Source: Anaerolineae bacterium (GTDB taxonomy: Bacteria > Chloroflexota > Anaerolineae > B4-G1). Taken from it: 52,939 nt of DNA. A program made the position numbers and the translations under genes. Where the stretch lies: positions 1-52,939 of the forward strand of contig DAOTUC010000155.1 of NCBI GenBank assembly GCA_034437315.1. The letters run 5' to 3'. The notes beneath the pieces were generated by a model. That model saw only the letters and a list, made by a program, of their open reading frames with translations. It searched no databases and was not told the origin of the DNA. Shown here piece after piece: positions 43,559 to 52,939 of this stretch (positions within the stretch are counted from its first letter, which is position 1; the number at the start of each line of letters is the position of its first letter).

Positions 43559-44974
43559 ATGCAAAAACAAAAGTACGATGTCGCGATCATCGGCGGCGGG
43601 CCGGGCGGGTATGTCGCAGCCGTCCGCGCAGCGCAATTGGACCTCGACGTCGCCCTGGTCGAAAAAGAGAATCTGGGCGGCGTGTGCCTTAACTGGGGCT
43701 GTATCCCCACCAAGGCGCTCCTGCGCAACGCCGAGGTCATCTTGTTGTTGGGCCAGGGCCAGCAATACGGTTTCAAGCTGAATGGTTTCGAGGCCGATTA
43801 TGGCGCAGCGGTTGACCGCAGTCGAAAGGTATCCGAACGATTGGTCAAGGGGGTCGATTTGCTGATGCGCCGGAATGGGGTTGACGTCTTCGAGGGCGTG
43901 GGCGCGCTCACATCGCCTCGCACCGTCGAGGTGACGTTGAATGAGGGCGGCGCGCGCACGTTGGAGACGGAACACGTCATCGTCGCCTCTGGCGGGCAGG
44001 CGCGCGCCATCCCCGGCGTCGAGGTGGACGGCGAGCGGGTGATGACCTACCGTCAGGCCATCATCCTGCGCGATCTACCGGCCTCGGCCGTCATCGTCGG
44101 GGCGGGCCCCATCGGTATGGAATTTGCTCACGTCTGGCGCGCCTATGGCGCCGAGATCACCGTGGTGGAGATGATGGAGCGCGTCCTGCCGCTGGAGGAC
44201 GAAGAGGTCAGCGCCGAGGTGGAGCGCGCCTTCAAGCGCAACCGGGTCAACGTGCTCACCGATACCCGCGTCCAGAAAGTGGCGATCACCAAAAGAGGCG
44301 TTCGGGTGCGAGTCAGCGCGAATGGAGATGAGAACGGCGAGGAGCAGATGCTAGAGGCGGAACGCGCCCTCATCGCCATCGGTGTGCGCCCTAATAGCGC
44401 GAACATCGGCCTGGAGGAGATCGGCGTTGAGTTTGAACGCGGCTACATCGTCGTCGATGAGTCCATGCGAACCAGCGTGGAAAACGTCTACGCCATCGGC
44501 GACGTGACCGGCAAGATGCCGCTGGCCCACGTGGCCTCCGCTCAAGGGATCGTCGCGGCCGAGACCATCGCTGGGACGGAAACGATTACCTTGAATTACG
44601 AGATGATGCCCCGTTGCACCTACTGCCATCCCCAGGTCGCCAGTTTTGGCCTCACCGAGGCCCAGGCGAGCGAGCGAGGATACGAGGTCGCCGCCGGGAC
44701 GTTCCCCTTCCGCGCCAACGGCAAGGCGCTGGGGTTGGGCCAGGGCTATTACGACGGTTTCGTCAAGATCGTGGCCGACGCAGCCAGCGGCGAGATCCTC
44801 GGCGGACACCTGGTCGGCCCGGAGGTGACTGAATTGCTGCCGGAGTTGGTCTTGGCTCGTGACTGGGAACTGACGCCGGCCGAAGTCGCCCGCACTGTCC
44901 ACGCGCACCCCACGTTGAGCGAGGCCCTGATGGAGGCGGCCCACGAGGTCTTCGGGAAGGCGCTGCACATTTGA
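43559..44974 (+). CDS. lpdA: Dihydrolipoyl dehydrogenase
   Basis: YDVAIIGGGPGGYVAA, redox-active GGVCLNWGCIPTK, and HAHPTLSE. Confidence 0.95.
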   Translation: MQKQKYDVAIIGGGPGGYVAAVRAAQLDLDVALVEKENLGGVCLNWGCIPTKALLRNAEVILLLGQGQQYGFKLNGFEADYGAAVDRSRKVSERLVKGVDLLMRRNGVDVFEGVGALTSPRTVEVTLNEGGARTLETEHVIVASGGQARAIPGVEVDGERVMTYRQAIILRDLPASAVIVGAGPIGMEFAHVWRAYGAEITVVEMMERVLPLEDEEVSAEVERAFKRNRVNVLTDTRVQKVAITKRGVRVRVSANGDENGEEQMLEAERALIAIGVRPNSANIGLEEIGVEFERGYIVVDESMRTSVENVYAIGDVTGKMPLAHVASAQGIVAAETIAGTETITLNYEMMPRCTYCHPQVASFGLTEAQASERGYEVAAGTFPFRANGKALGLGQGYYDGFVKIVADAASGEILGGHLVGPEVTELLPELVLARDWELTPAEVARTVHAHPTLSEALMEAAHEVFGKALHI

Positions 44975-45801
44975 TGAAGGGTCATGCTGATTACCACGTC
45001 CACACCCGGTTTTCAGCGGATAGCGAGGCCGAACTTTCGGCTATGTGCGAGGCCGCCATCGCCCGGGGCTTGAGCGAAATTGCATTCACCGATCACGTCG
45101 ATTTTGGACACGCCGACATCCAAAGTTGCTTTAATCCGCTCGAATACCTGGCTGCGATAGCGGATTGTCGCGCGCGGTACGCCGGTCGCTTGACCATCCG
45201 TGCAGGGGCCGAGATCGGGGAACCGCATCTCTTCTCGGAGAAAGCGGCCCCTATTCTATCCCAGGGGGCGTTCGATTTCGTCATCGGCTCGGCCCATTAT
45301 GGGGCGCCTCTCGATCCTTCGTCCGGCGTTGAGGGTCTGCGACCGGCGTGGAAATCAGTTTATTTCGAGCAGCCTCTGGACCAGGCATGTGAGGCCTACT
45401 TCCAACAGGTGCTCGGCCTGGCCGAGACGGGCGATTTTGACGTCTTGGGCCACGTCGATCTGATCAAGCGGGACGCCCGTGAATTCGGTCATCCCTACGA
45501 TGGCCCGGGACCCTACGCTGACTTGATCCGCGCTGCGCTGCGCGCCGTCGTCGAGCGGGGCAAGGGGATTGAGGTCAACACCTCGCCCCTGACGAAGGGC
45601 CAACCGGAGATGTGCCCTTCGCTGGAGATCCTGCGCTGGTACCGCGAGTTGGGCGGCGAGATTCTCACGATCGGTTCCGACGCCCATCGTCCGGAAGCGG
45701 TCGGCGCTCATTTCGACGCGGCGTTGGAGATGGCCCGCGCAGCCGGTTTCACCCGGTTAGCGCGCTTTGAGAGTCGCCAACTCGCGTGGGTCGAGATATA
45801 G
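44971..45801 (+). CDS. PHP-domain histidinol-phosphatase family (HisJ-type) protein
   Basis: DYHVHTRFSADS, FTDHVDF, GSAHY and GSDAHRP. ATGA overlap with lpdA. Confidence 0.8.
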   Translation: MMKGHADYHVHTRFSADSEAELSAMCEAAIARGLSEIAFTDHVDFGHADIQSCFNPLEYLAAIADCRARYAGRLTIRAGAEIGEPHLFSEKAAPILSQGAFDFVIGSAHYGAPLDPSSGVEGLRPAWKSVYFEQPLDQACEAYFQQVLGLAETGDFDVLGHVDLIKRDAREFGHPYDGPGPYADLIRAALRAVVERGKGIEVNTSPLTKGQPEMCPSLEILRWYRELGGEILTIGSDAHRPEAVGAHFDAALEMARAAGFTRLARFESRQLAWVEI

Positions 45802-45827
45802 CTTATTGAGAGATTGCTGAGGGAGAT

Positions 45828-46760
45828 ATGAATAAGGCAGAACAATCAAAATCCTCTCCACGTCCAAAACGGCGCCCGGCCTGGTTGCGCGTGCCGGCCC
45901 GTAGCGGCGAATCCTATCACTGGCTCAAGCGATTGATGCGGGCGAAGGAATTGCACACCGTCTGTGAGGAGGCGAACTGCCCCAACATCGGCGAGTGCTG
46001 GGGTCACCGCACTGCTACGTTTCTCATCCTGGGCGATACGTGCACCCGCAATTGCCGCTTCTGCGACGTCAAGACCGGTCGGCCCGCGCCCGCCGACCCC
46101 AAGGAGCCGGAGCGCGTGGCTCAAGCGGTCCAGGCGATGGATCTGAAGCACGCGGTCATCACCTCGGTCGACCGGGATGATCTGCCCGATGGGGGCGCTT
46201 CGACCTTCGCCGCTGTCATTCGTCGCATCCGCGAGTTGCAGCCGGGCTGCACGGTCGAGGTGTTGATCCCCGATTTCCGGGGTGAGATCCCGCCCCTCAA
46301 GACGGTGATGGACGAGCAGCCCGACATCCTGAACCACAACGTGGAGACGGCGCCCAGCCTCTTCCGCGCTGTGCAACCCCAATGCCGTTACGAGTGGTCG
46401 CTGGATGTGTTGCGCAACGCCAAGGCGCTGTGGCCTGAGGCCATCACCAAGAGCGGCGTCATGGTCGGGTTGGGGGAGACGGCGGACGAAGTGCTGGACG
46501 TTATGCGCGATCTGCGCCGGGTGGACGTGGACATCCTGACCATCGGCCAGTACCTCCAACCGACCCGCGAACACCTGCCCATCGCCCGCTATTACGAGCC
46601 GGCGGAATTCGAGATGTTCCGCGAGCGAGGCTATGAGATGGGTTTCCGCTGGGTGGAGAGTGCTCCGCTGGTGCGCAGTTCGTACAACGCCGAGGCCCAG
46701 GCGCGTGAACTCTCGACCGCCGGCAAACGGCAGGCTGGCGTTGAGGAATCTACGCCCTAG
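45828..46760 (+). CDS. lipA: Lipoyl synthase
   Basis: [13 protein letters not shown] and radical-SAM CTRNCRFC. Confidence 0.95.
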   Translation: MNKAEQSKSSPRPKRRPAWLRVPARSGESYHWLKRLMRAKELHTVCEEANCPNIGECWGHRTATFLILGDTCTRNCRFCDVKTGRPAPADPKEPERVAQAVQAMDLKHAVITSVDRDDLPDGGASTFAAVIRRIRELQPGCTVEVLIPDFRGEIPPLKTVMDEQPDILNHNVETAPSLFRAVQPQCRYEWSLDVLRNAKALWPEAITKSGVMVGLGETADEVLDVMRDLRRVDVDILTIGQYLQPTREHLPIARYYEPAEFEMFRERGYEMGFRWVESAPLVRSSYNAEAQARELSTAGKRQAGVEESTP

Positions 46761-46776
46761 TTTTTTGTGACGCCGT

Positions 46777-47622
46777 TCACGCGCCTGGCGCGTGGGCCAG
46801 TGTCACGTCCCCCACGGTGAGCGTGTGACGCTCGCCGTCGAGCGCGCGCAGCAGCAGCGCGCCGCTCTCATCCACCCCCTCGGCTATGCCGGTAATCGTT
46901 CCCTCTTTCGTGCGAACTTGCACCGGTCGTCCCAGCGTCGCCAGCCGCGCCGACCATTCGGCGTGGGGGCTTTCGCCGGCGCGCAATCGCTCGTAACGGG
47001 CCTCAATTCCGTTCAGCATCGCCGCGACCAGGGCCGCCCGGTCGGTCTTTCGCCCGGTCTCCGCCAGGATGCTGGTCGCGTGGGGCGATAATTTGGTCAA
47101 TACGTCGGGTTCGACGTTGACGTTGATCCCGATTCCAACGACGACGAAGTCGAGCCGTCCGCCTGTGAACCTGGTTTCGGTCAGCACGCCTGCCAACTTT
47201 CGCCAACCGTGCGGCGGTTGCTCGTCTGCGATTGTAATTGTAATCGGGATGATGAGATCGTTGGGCCATTTGAGCGCCGCGTCCAACCCGGCCACGTTGG
47301 ACACCGCGTCGGCGGTCGCCAGGGAGCAGATTGCCGTCATCCACGTGGCCTGGGTGGGCCGTGAGTCGGGCCGCGGGTTGGGCCGGAAGAGCACCGAGCA
47401 CAACACACAGTCGCCGGGCGGGGCGAGCCAATGGCGCTTCATTCGCCCTCGACCGGCCGTCTGCTCGTCGGTCAGCGTCATCGTTCCCTCCGGCGCGCCC
47501 TGTGCCGCCAGTTCTTTGACCAGGTCGTTGGTCGAAACGACCTGCCGCCGGACGATCAAGTTTCGTCCAAAGGTTTTGGTCTTGAGCAGCGCTTCAATTC
47601 GAGGGGCGTCGAGGGGTTCCAT
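46777..47622 (-). CDS. birA: Biotin--[acetyl-CoA-carboxylase] ligase (no N-terminal HTH)
   Basis: DEQTAGRGRMKRHW and KWPNDL. The ATG at residue 59 of the ORF-track ORF is preferred because it avoids overlap with the GtrA gene. Confidence 0.85.
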   Translation of the reverse strand: MEPLDAPRIEALLKTKTFGRNLIVRRQVVSTNDLVKELAAQGAPEGTMTLTDEQTAGRGRMKRHWLAPPGDCVLCSVLFRPNPRPDSRPTQATWMTAICSLATADAVSNVAGLDAALKWPNDLIIPITITIADEQPPHGWRKLAGVLTETRFTGGRLDFVVVGIGINVNVEPDVLTKLSPHATSILAETGRKTDRAALVAAMLNGIEARYERLRAGESPHAEWSARLATLGRPVQVRTKEGTITGIAEGVDESGALLLRALDGERHTLTVGDVTLAHAPGA

Positions 47623-47695
47623 AGTTGCCGGGGGCGGCGTCTGCACGTGAGTTGGGGTTATTCGGGGGGGCAAATTGTCGTTTGACGGGTGGATT

Positions 47696-48208
47696 TTAGC
47701 CCACGTGCCGGAAGGTCCAGAAGCGGTTGATGAAGAAATTCCAGAAAAGGACGATGCTGGTCGCGATGATCTTGGCCCCATTGTAGGCCAGGTCAAAATG
47801 GGCCATCCCGACGCGCGAGGCCAGCGCGGCCATTTGTCTGGCTAATAGTCCCATTTCTCCCAACAACCAGCGGTCGGCGAAGCTGAAGATCGTTGTGTTG
47901 ATGAACAGTCCCACCACGTTGACCAGAGAAAATTGCACGAATTGCTTGCGCAGCGAGTCGTCTCGCGTTTCTGGGTAGACCCACAGCCGGTTCCAGATGA
48001 AATTACTGACGACGGCGGTGGAGAAGGAACAGGCATTGGCCGCTACCTTGGGGAAGCTGGCCAATTGGACCAGAAAATTTAGGACGCCAAAGTCGATGAT
48101 GGCGCCTAGTTTGCCGACAAAGCTGAATTTGATAAATCGTCCGATCTCCTTGCGATTGGTTGTCGCGGTCTCTACGAGATGGTTGGTTAGGGAAATGACT
48201 TTATTCAT
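47696..48208 (-). CDS. GtrA-family membrane protein
   Basis: FIKFSFVGKLGAIIDFGVLNFLV...NRFWTF, four TM helices. Confidence 0.85.
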   Translation of the reverse strand: MNKVISLTNHLVETATTNRKEIGRFIKFSFVGKLGAIIDFGVLNFLVQLASFPKVAANACSFSTAVVSNFIWNRLWVYPETRDDSLRKQFVQFSLVNVVGLFINTTIFSFADRWLLGEMGLLARQMAALASRVGMAHFDLAYNGAKIIATSIVLFWNFFINRFWTFRHVG

Positions 48209-48241
48209 AGGTTGCCTCTTTATATCTTGAGGTGGTGACTT

Positions 48242-49096
48242 TTACTGCACTAACGTTGGCGCGACTCGCTCGCCATCTGGATCCGCAACGCCGATGCCTA
48301 AATTGCGCGCTTCTGTATCCACGGTCTGATACACACGCAACCCAAAGAAATAGGGCATGAAAGGTTTCGCCACGCCGGCGTCCACTAACTGTTGTTGGAA
48401 GCCTTGATCTTGCAACCGGTTGTGCCACCGTCGCAATTCCTTAAGGCGGGCCCGTGTCTTGGCCTCCACCAGAACGGAGACTGGTTCTCCCTCTGGCGTC
48501 TCGACCTTGAGGACAATGTCTACTTCTCCGTTGATGGCCAGTGCGTAGGGGGCTTCCAGCAGTCGATACCCCTGTTGTTTCAGGATATAAGCGACGATTT
48601 CTTCAGCTTCACCCTCTACCTCAATACCTAGGACATTGCCTATTAGACCCACCTGGTGCTCAACTCTGTCCAGGCGTACGAGGATATCTTGTTGAGTGGA
48701 GGCTAATTGAGCCAGATGAACCTCGGTACGCTTCTGCGCCTCGGCCAACTCCTCGACACGCTTTTCGGTGCGCTTCTGCGCCTCGGCCAACTCCTCGACA
48801 CGCTTTTCGGTGCGCTTCTGCGCCTCGGTTAGCTCATTTATCGCTATCTCCAGGCGGTCGACACGCTTTTCAGTGCGCTTCTGCGCCTCGGCTAGCTCGA
48901 CAAGCGCATTTTCTAGCCGGTCGAAGCGCTTTTCGGTATCGTCTCGATGTGCGTTGAGACTGCGTTCCAGGCGGCCCAAGCCATTCTCTCGCAATTCCTG
49001 GCGCAATATATCAGCTTGATCCTTGAGCATGGGGGCGACGATTTCCTGTACCCAGTGGACCATTTCTGGCGTCTTTAAATCATATTTGGATGACAT
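48242..49096 (-). CDS. Coiled-coil repeat protein with C-terminal PD-(D/E)XK-like nuclease-fold domain
   Basis: Repeated 14-aa units [14 protein letters not shown], then GEVDIVLKV...[10 protein letters not shown] (D...E-x-K pattern). The ATG at 49096 follows GAGGAAGG. Confidence 0.6.
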   Translation of the reverse strand: MSSKYDLKTPEMVHWVQEIVAPMLKDQADILRQELRENGLGRLERSLNAHRDDTEKRFDRLENALVELAEAQKRTEKRVDRLEIAINELTEAQKRTEKRVEELAEAQKRTEKRVEELAEAQKRTEVHLAQLASTQQDILVRLDRVEHQVGLIGNVLGIEVEGEAEEIVAYILKQQGYRLLEAPYALAINGEVDIVLKVETPEGEPVSVLVEAKTRARLKELRRWHNRLQDQGFQQQLVDAGVAKPFMPYFFGLRVYQTVDTEARNLGIGVADPDGERVAPTLVQ

Positions 49097-49209
49097 ATTT
49101 ACCTTCCTCACCTTCTCTTTGGGTTGATAAGGCATATAGCTGATCTCGGACTTCCGCTGCAGCCTAATATGCCATTATCAAGATACCAACGCGCCAAAGC
49201 ATGCCTATA

Positions 49210-50667
49210 TTATAATCTGGACTGGGTTGTAAGGCAAGGTGATGTTTTGGATGAAATGAGCCAGGCCAATAGGCCTAACATGACGCCGATGTGCAGATGG
49301 ACGTTGTTGACGTAGAGGTTGTCGAACAGGTGATGGACGCTGAGATGGGTCCACGCGCCTAACAGGCCGATGGCCATGCCGCGTTGCAATCCCTCGGCCC
49401 GGCGGGTGACTTTCCAGGTTTGCCGGAAGACGACGCCCCACAATATGAGGTAGGCGATCAAACCGATGACGCCGGTCTCGGCGGCGATGTTGAGGTAGTA
49501 GTTGTGGGCGTGTCCCAGCGCGATGGGCCAGTTGATGAGGGCGAAATCGGTGTAGGCCGGTTCGTAGCAGCCAAAGCCGACGCCGGTCCAGAAATTGGCG
49601 CGGAGCATTTCCAGGGCTGCTTGCCAGTGGGCCATTCGTTCGACGACGGCGTAATTGGCGTCGTGGATGCCCACGCCGCGCACATCCTCAAAGCTGACGT
49701 ATTGGGTGAAATCGGTCAAGCGCGCCGCGACGGGCGCAGGCAGTAGGCCGGTCGCATAGACCCCCAGCCCACCGACGACGATGACGCCGACCAATAACGC
49801 GCCCCATTTCGTCTCGCGCGGCAGGGCCGCCATCATCGCCAGCATAGCGGCGGCGAAACCGATCCACGCCCCCCGGCTCCATGACGCGACGAGGGCGATC
49901 AGCATCGCGAGGACAGCGCCGCCGGCTAGTAAGTTGGTCGGTTGGAAGGCCGTTAGACCAGTAGACCAATCTTCCAACACACCAGTATACCAATTTCCCA
50001 ACACGCCAACAGCCAGCGACACGGTCAGGCCCAGGTAGCCGCCGTATGGATTCGGTTGCTCGAACGTCCCGTAGGCGCGGTAGAAGCCCTCGCCCAATTG
50101 CAAAATAGCAAAGTGGTCGGGACCATCGCCGCGCAGCCCAAATTGCCACAGACCTACGCCAGCCTGGAAAAAACCGGTCGCCAGCAGCAGGCCGACCAAC
50201 CAAATCGCGCGTCGTTGGGAGAGGGTGTGGTAAACGAAGAGGAAGAGCAGTAGAATCTGTATCCATTTGAGCAATTCGAGAGCGCCGTAGGTGGACAGAT
50301 CGACCGGGTTCCACAAGGAGAGGAGAGCGGCCCCTATGAAGCCGAGGAGCGGCAATAACAGGGGTGGGTGAGGCGCGCGCAGGTCCCGCCGGAGCAGGCC
50401 GCGGGCCAGCCAGACCGCCAGCGTCAATGCGACAAATACCTGGGCAATCTGTGCCGGTATCTGGGGCGCCTCTGCTCGCAGATAAGCCCACAGCGGCCCC
50501 AGGAAGAGTAACGCACCCACGCCGACCAGCGGTTCGATCACCGTCGCCACGCTGAGAACTGATAACAGGACGAAGAGCGCCCCGCCCAGCGGCGTCAGCC
50601 GGATCAACAGCAGACCAGCGCCTAGAGCGAGCGCCAGCCCCAGCGCGGCGCTTCGCGGTCTGTTCAT
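49210..50667 (-). CDS. O-antigen ligase / polymerase (Wzy_C-like) family membrane protein
   Basis: About 11 TM helices with a periplasmic loop containing SWSRGAW. Confidence 0.7.
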   Translation of the reverse strand: MNRPRSAALGLALALGAGLLLIRLTPLGGALFVLLSVLSVATVIEPLVGVGALLFLGPLWAYLRAEAPQIPAQIAQVFVALTLAVWLARGLLRRDLRAPHPPLLLPLLGFIGAALLSLWNPVDLSTYGALELLKWIQILLLFLFVYHTLSQRRAIWLVGLLLATGFFQAGVGLWQFGLRGDGPDHFAILQLGEGFYRAYGTFEQPNPYGGYLGLTVSLAVGVLGNWYTGVLEDWSTGLTAFQPTNLLAGGAVLAMLIALVASWSRGAWIGFAAAMLAMMAALPRETKWGALLVGVIVVGGLGVYATGLLPAPVAARLTDFTQYVSFEDVRGVGIHDANYAVVERMAHWQAALEMLRANFWTGVGFGCYEPAYTDFALINWPIALGHAHNYYLNIAAETGVIGLIAYLILWGVVFRQTWKVTRRAEGLQRGMAIGLLGAWTHLSVHHLFDNLYVNNVHLHIGVMLGLLAWLISSKTSPCLTTQSRL

Positions 50668-51812
50668 CCGCTTTTCTGTTTGCGCTCTGGTTTCCGCGCC
50701 AGGCCCAGGCCGAGATGATCCAGGGCAGTCATTAACCCAGTCTGCAAATCGCTCAACGTCTCCACATCACGCCAATCAATGCCGAGATCCACCACCGTCT
50801 CGGCTACGGCGTTGGAGATGCCGGTGAGGATCGTCCGGGCGCCCTTGAGTCGCGCCGCATGGATCGTCTTGTTCAAGTGATTCGCCACGCCGCTGTCCAC
50901 CATCGGCACACCGGTGACGTCCAGTATGACGATCTTGGCCCGGTGCTGAGCGATGCCCGCCAACAGCCGTCGTGTGATGTCTCGCGCCCGTATCGTGTCG
51001 ATGGCGCCGATCAATGGCATAACGATGACGCTGCCCCCGCCGCCGGGCGCGTCGATGACGGGGATCACCGGCGTCGATAGTTCTTGAATGGCCTGCCGCT
51101 GCGCCTCAATCACTTCTTGTTGTAATCGTTCCTGCTCCGCTCTGGCGCTTTGCACCTGTTCGAGGGCGCTTTCCAGTCGTTCTTGTAGCTTCAGATCTAC
51201 CAGCCTTCGCAGTCCCATCTCGGCGATGTGTTTGGCGATCACGTAAAGCAGTTGCGCTGACTTTTGCACTTGCTCCTCGGATACACGGGTCACCTGGTGA
51301 AAAGCGTCGATGAACGCTTCCTCATCCGCGCCGATCTCTCGGGCGAAACGGCGAAAATGGGCCTCGTCCAGGTCATCGACCAACACCTGCCCGGCGATCC
51401 AGTTTGCGATGTGATGCCCCCGCACGACAATCGGAGCGGCGGCGTCCACCAGGCCGGCGCTCATGCAGCGTTGGTAGACGACTTGTCCCTGCTCCACCGA
51501 TTTGCGCCCTAATATGCTGCCGCTCTGATAACATTTCTGCGCGCCCAGAGGCGTCTCCCGCGTCATTCGGCACAACGGGCAGAAATTGCTGTAATGGGTG
51601 ATCGGCGTGCCGTCCACCTCGATGATCGTCGAACCGAAACCGGTGGCCGCCGTGAACGCATCCAGAATCTCTGTCAGGACGTCGAGGCTGACGAGATCCG
51701 TCAGTCGATATTCTCCAGCCGCCAGCGCGCTTTCGATCTCTTGGTCTAGGCTCTCGCTGATCGTTGATTGCCAATCCTGATTTATCGCTTGATTTTGTTT
51801 GATCTTTTTCAT
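50664..51812 (-). CDS. PocR sensor domain - coiled coil - STAS domain protein (RsbR-like architecture)
   Basis: PocR-type NFCPLCRMTRETPLGAQKCYQS...AAPIVVRGHHIANW. C-terminal STAS STPVIPVIDA...VMPLIGAIDTIRARDI...IVILDVTGVPMVDS. ATGA overlap with the downstream membrane-protein gene. Confidence 0.75.
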   Translation of the reverse strand: MKKIKQNQAINQDWQSTISESLDQEIESALAAGEYRLTDLVSLDVLTEILDAFTAATGFGSTIIEVDGTPITHYSNFCPLCRMTRETPLGAQKCYQSGSILGRKSVEQGQVVYQRCMSAGLVDAAAPIVVRGHHIANWIAGQVLVDDLDEAHFRRFAREIGADEEAFIDAFHQVTRVSEEQVQKSAQLLYVIAKHIAEMGLRRLVDLKLQERLESALEQVQSARAEQERLQQEVIEAQRQAIQELSTPVIPVIDAPGGGGSVIVMPLIGAIDTIRARDITRRLLAGIAQHRAKIVILDVTGVPMVDSGVANHLNKTIHAARLKGARTILTGISNAVAETVVDLGIDWRDVETLSDLQTGLMTALDHLGLGLARKPERKQKSG

Positions 51813-51879
51813 TTTACCGATCCTTAACTAAGACGTTCTATTCGATTTTCCCCCGCCGCATGAGCAAATGAATTGCTAT

Positions 51880-52608
51880 TCAACCAATTTTCTTAGCGTT
51901 GCGCGGTTCGGAGGGGAGTGACGCGATGTAAGTCTCGGTAGCAGCTGACAGATCGGCGTAAACGCCCCGGTAGGCGGGCGGCAGAAGGGCGGCGATCTGA
52001 TACATCATCTCGTCCGCCATCTGTTGGCGCGCCTGGCTTGTGACCTTGTTTTCTTCGACGGTTAGGTGGAACGGTTGGCCCACGGCGACGTGGAAGTCGG
52101 TGCGGCGGAGCCGGGCGAGGTTGCGCCAGAAGTCTTCTCCGCCATAATAGGCCATGGGAAGGATGGGCGCTTTGCTGCGCAGCGCCAGAATGACGACGCC
52201 GGCGTGGGCGCGTTGTAACTTGCCGTCGCCGCTGCGGGTGCCTTCCGGAGCGACCGCGATGATTCGTCCCGCCTCCAACGCCTCCAGGGCCAGGCGGAAC
52301 GCTCGCATATCTGCCGCGCCCCGATTCAGTGGGATGCCGCCCCACAGTTTGAACAGGGGGCGCATCAGGGGATTTTGCCAGTATTCGGCTTTGGCGAACC
52401 CGGTCACCGGGCGCGGCAGCAAATGGGTGTAGATCAGGGGGACTTCTAGGAAGTTGATGTGGTTGGCGATGATGATGAGCGGGCCCTGCATCGGGACGCG
52501 CGCGAGCTGGGCGTCGTCTACCCGGCAGGCGATGCGCGTCAGGCGTTTGAGAACGGCGTTGACGAGTCGAAATAGCAAAGTGTGTCGATGGGAATTGTGA
52601 GCGGTCAT
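51880..52608 (-). CDS. Lysophospholipid (PlsC-type) acyltransferase
   Basis: IIANHINFLEVPLI (H-x4-acidic block) and APEGTRSGDG. Confidence 0.85.
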   Translation of the reverse strand: MTAHNSHRHTLLFRLVNAVLKRLTRIACRVDDAQLARVPMQGPLIIIANHINFLEVPLIYTHLLPRPVTGFAKAEYWQNPLMRPLFKLWGGIPLNRGAADMRAFRLALEALEAGRIIAVAPEGTRSGDGKLQRAHAGVVILALRSKAPILPMAYYGGEDFWRNLARLRRTDFHVAVGQPFHLTVEENKVTSQARQQMADEMMYQIAALLPPAYRGVYADLSAATETYIASLPSEPRNAKKIG

Positions 52609-52794
52609 AAGTGCTCCCTGAGAACGTGTCTAATTTGACAATGGCACATTACAGCGCACAGTGGTTAAAACCGCGTGGCTACAGCGCGTAAAAATCACGC
52701 ACTGCAAAACCTGCCTTCGCAGGTTCGTTTATAGTCGGCGTAGGTCGACTTTGCAGTTGTGGCCCGCGAATTTATTCGCCGGGGGCAAATGTGC

Positions 52795-52939
52795 TTATGG
52801 AGCAGCTGTGATCTCGTAACTGTACGATCCGATCTCGGTCGTCACCGGCGCCAGCCCGGAGATAGCGATGATGGCCCGGTCTGTATCCCGGTCGAGGGGG
52901 ATGATCCACGTTCCCATCTGATCCTCTGCCAATTCCAGG
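52795..52939 (-). CDS. 3' end of an unidentified gene running off the window
   Basis: Open minus-strand frame ...LELAEDQMGTWIIPLDRDTDRAIIAISGLAPVTTEIGSYSYEITAAP* ends at TAA (52795-52797), followed by the GC hairpin GGCGAAT-AA-ATTCGC. Only 47 codons are visible. Confidence 0.3.
   Translation of the reverse strand, partial: LELAEDQMGTWIIPLDRDTDRAIIAISGLAPVTTEIGSYSYEITAAP

Overview
High-GC bacterial chromosomal window. Gene content and regulatory signals (T-box leader, GAAC-N4-GTTC LexA boxes, TadE-like pseudopilins, GH57/GH13/GH77 starch genes, GT39, PocR-STAS) suggest a Chloroflexota-like (Anaerolineae/Caldilineae-type) genome, but that assignment is inference only. All protein calls rest on motifs read from the supplied translations; no searches were run.

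Layout:
- 1-1100: remnants of an S8 peptidase and a CHASE4-type sensor kinase.
- 1096-5162: an intact NarL/LuxR response regulator followed by a TadE/TadG-like surface-protein cluster.
- 5239-8725: lexA, plus an adjacent four-gene operon (soluble FtsK-like ATPase, 2-TM membrane protein, two small proteins) behind a consensus promoter carrying two LexA boxes. This is my best candidate for an uncharacterised system.
- 8765-19806: housekeeping genes (fdhD, tkt, RNase H-like exonuclease, tRNA-Lys, LysM lipoprotein, plsC, sulfotransferase plus PAP phosphatase, map, SPT/KBL-like oxoamine synthase, trxA).
- 19983-22661: a long T-box leader with two terminators, preceding an ATPase and a TrpB2 gene.
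- 22815-26116: ThiS-like carrier, truncated TtuA-like gene, G1P-dehydrogenase-like enzyme, HIT protein, 2-hydroxyacid dehydrogenase.
- 26148-38665: a maltodextrin/starch locus (malQ, GntR-SBP fusion regulator, ABC transporter, GH13, divergent P-loop protein, GH57 lipoprotein).
- 38666-43378: higB remnant, Cys-rich ORF, clan GH-A hydrolase, GT39.
- 43559-52939: lpdA, PHP phosphatase, lipA, birA, GtrA, coiled-coil PD-(D/E)XK-like protein, O-antigen-ligase-like protein, PocR-STAS sensor, second acyltransferase.

Non-coding highlights:
- An ~85-bp palindromic repeat family in four copies, three of them in the same orientation 20-33 nt upstream of start codons.
- A MITE-like insertion flanked by an 11-bp duplication.
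- Many 8-16 bp intergenic tandem repeats.
- Several near-consensus sigma-70 promoters with embedded operators.
- Four internally truncated genes. These are either real decay or assembly artefacts.
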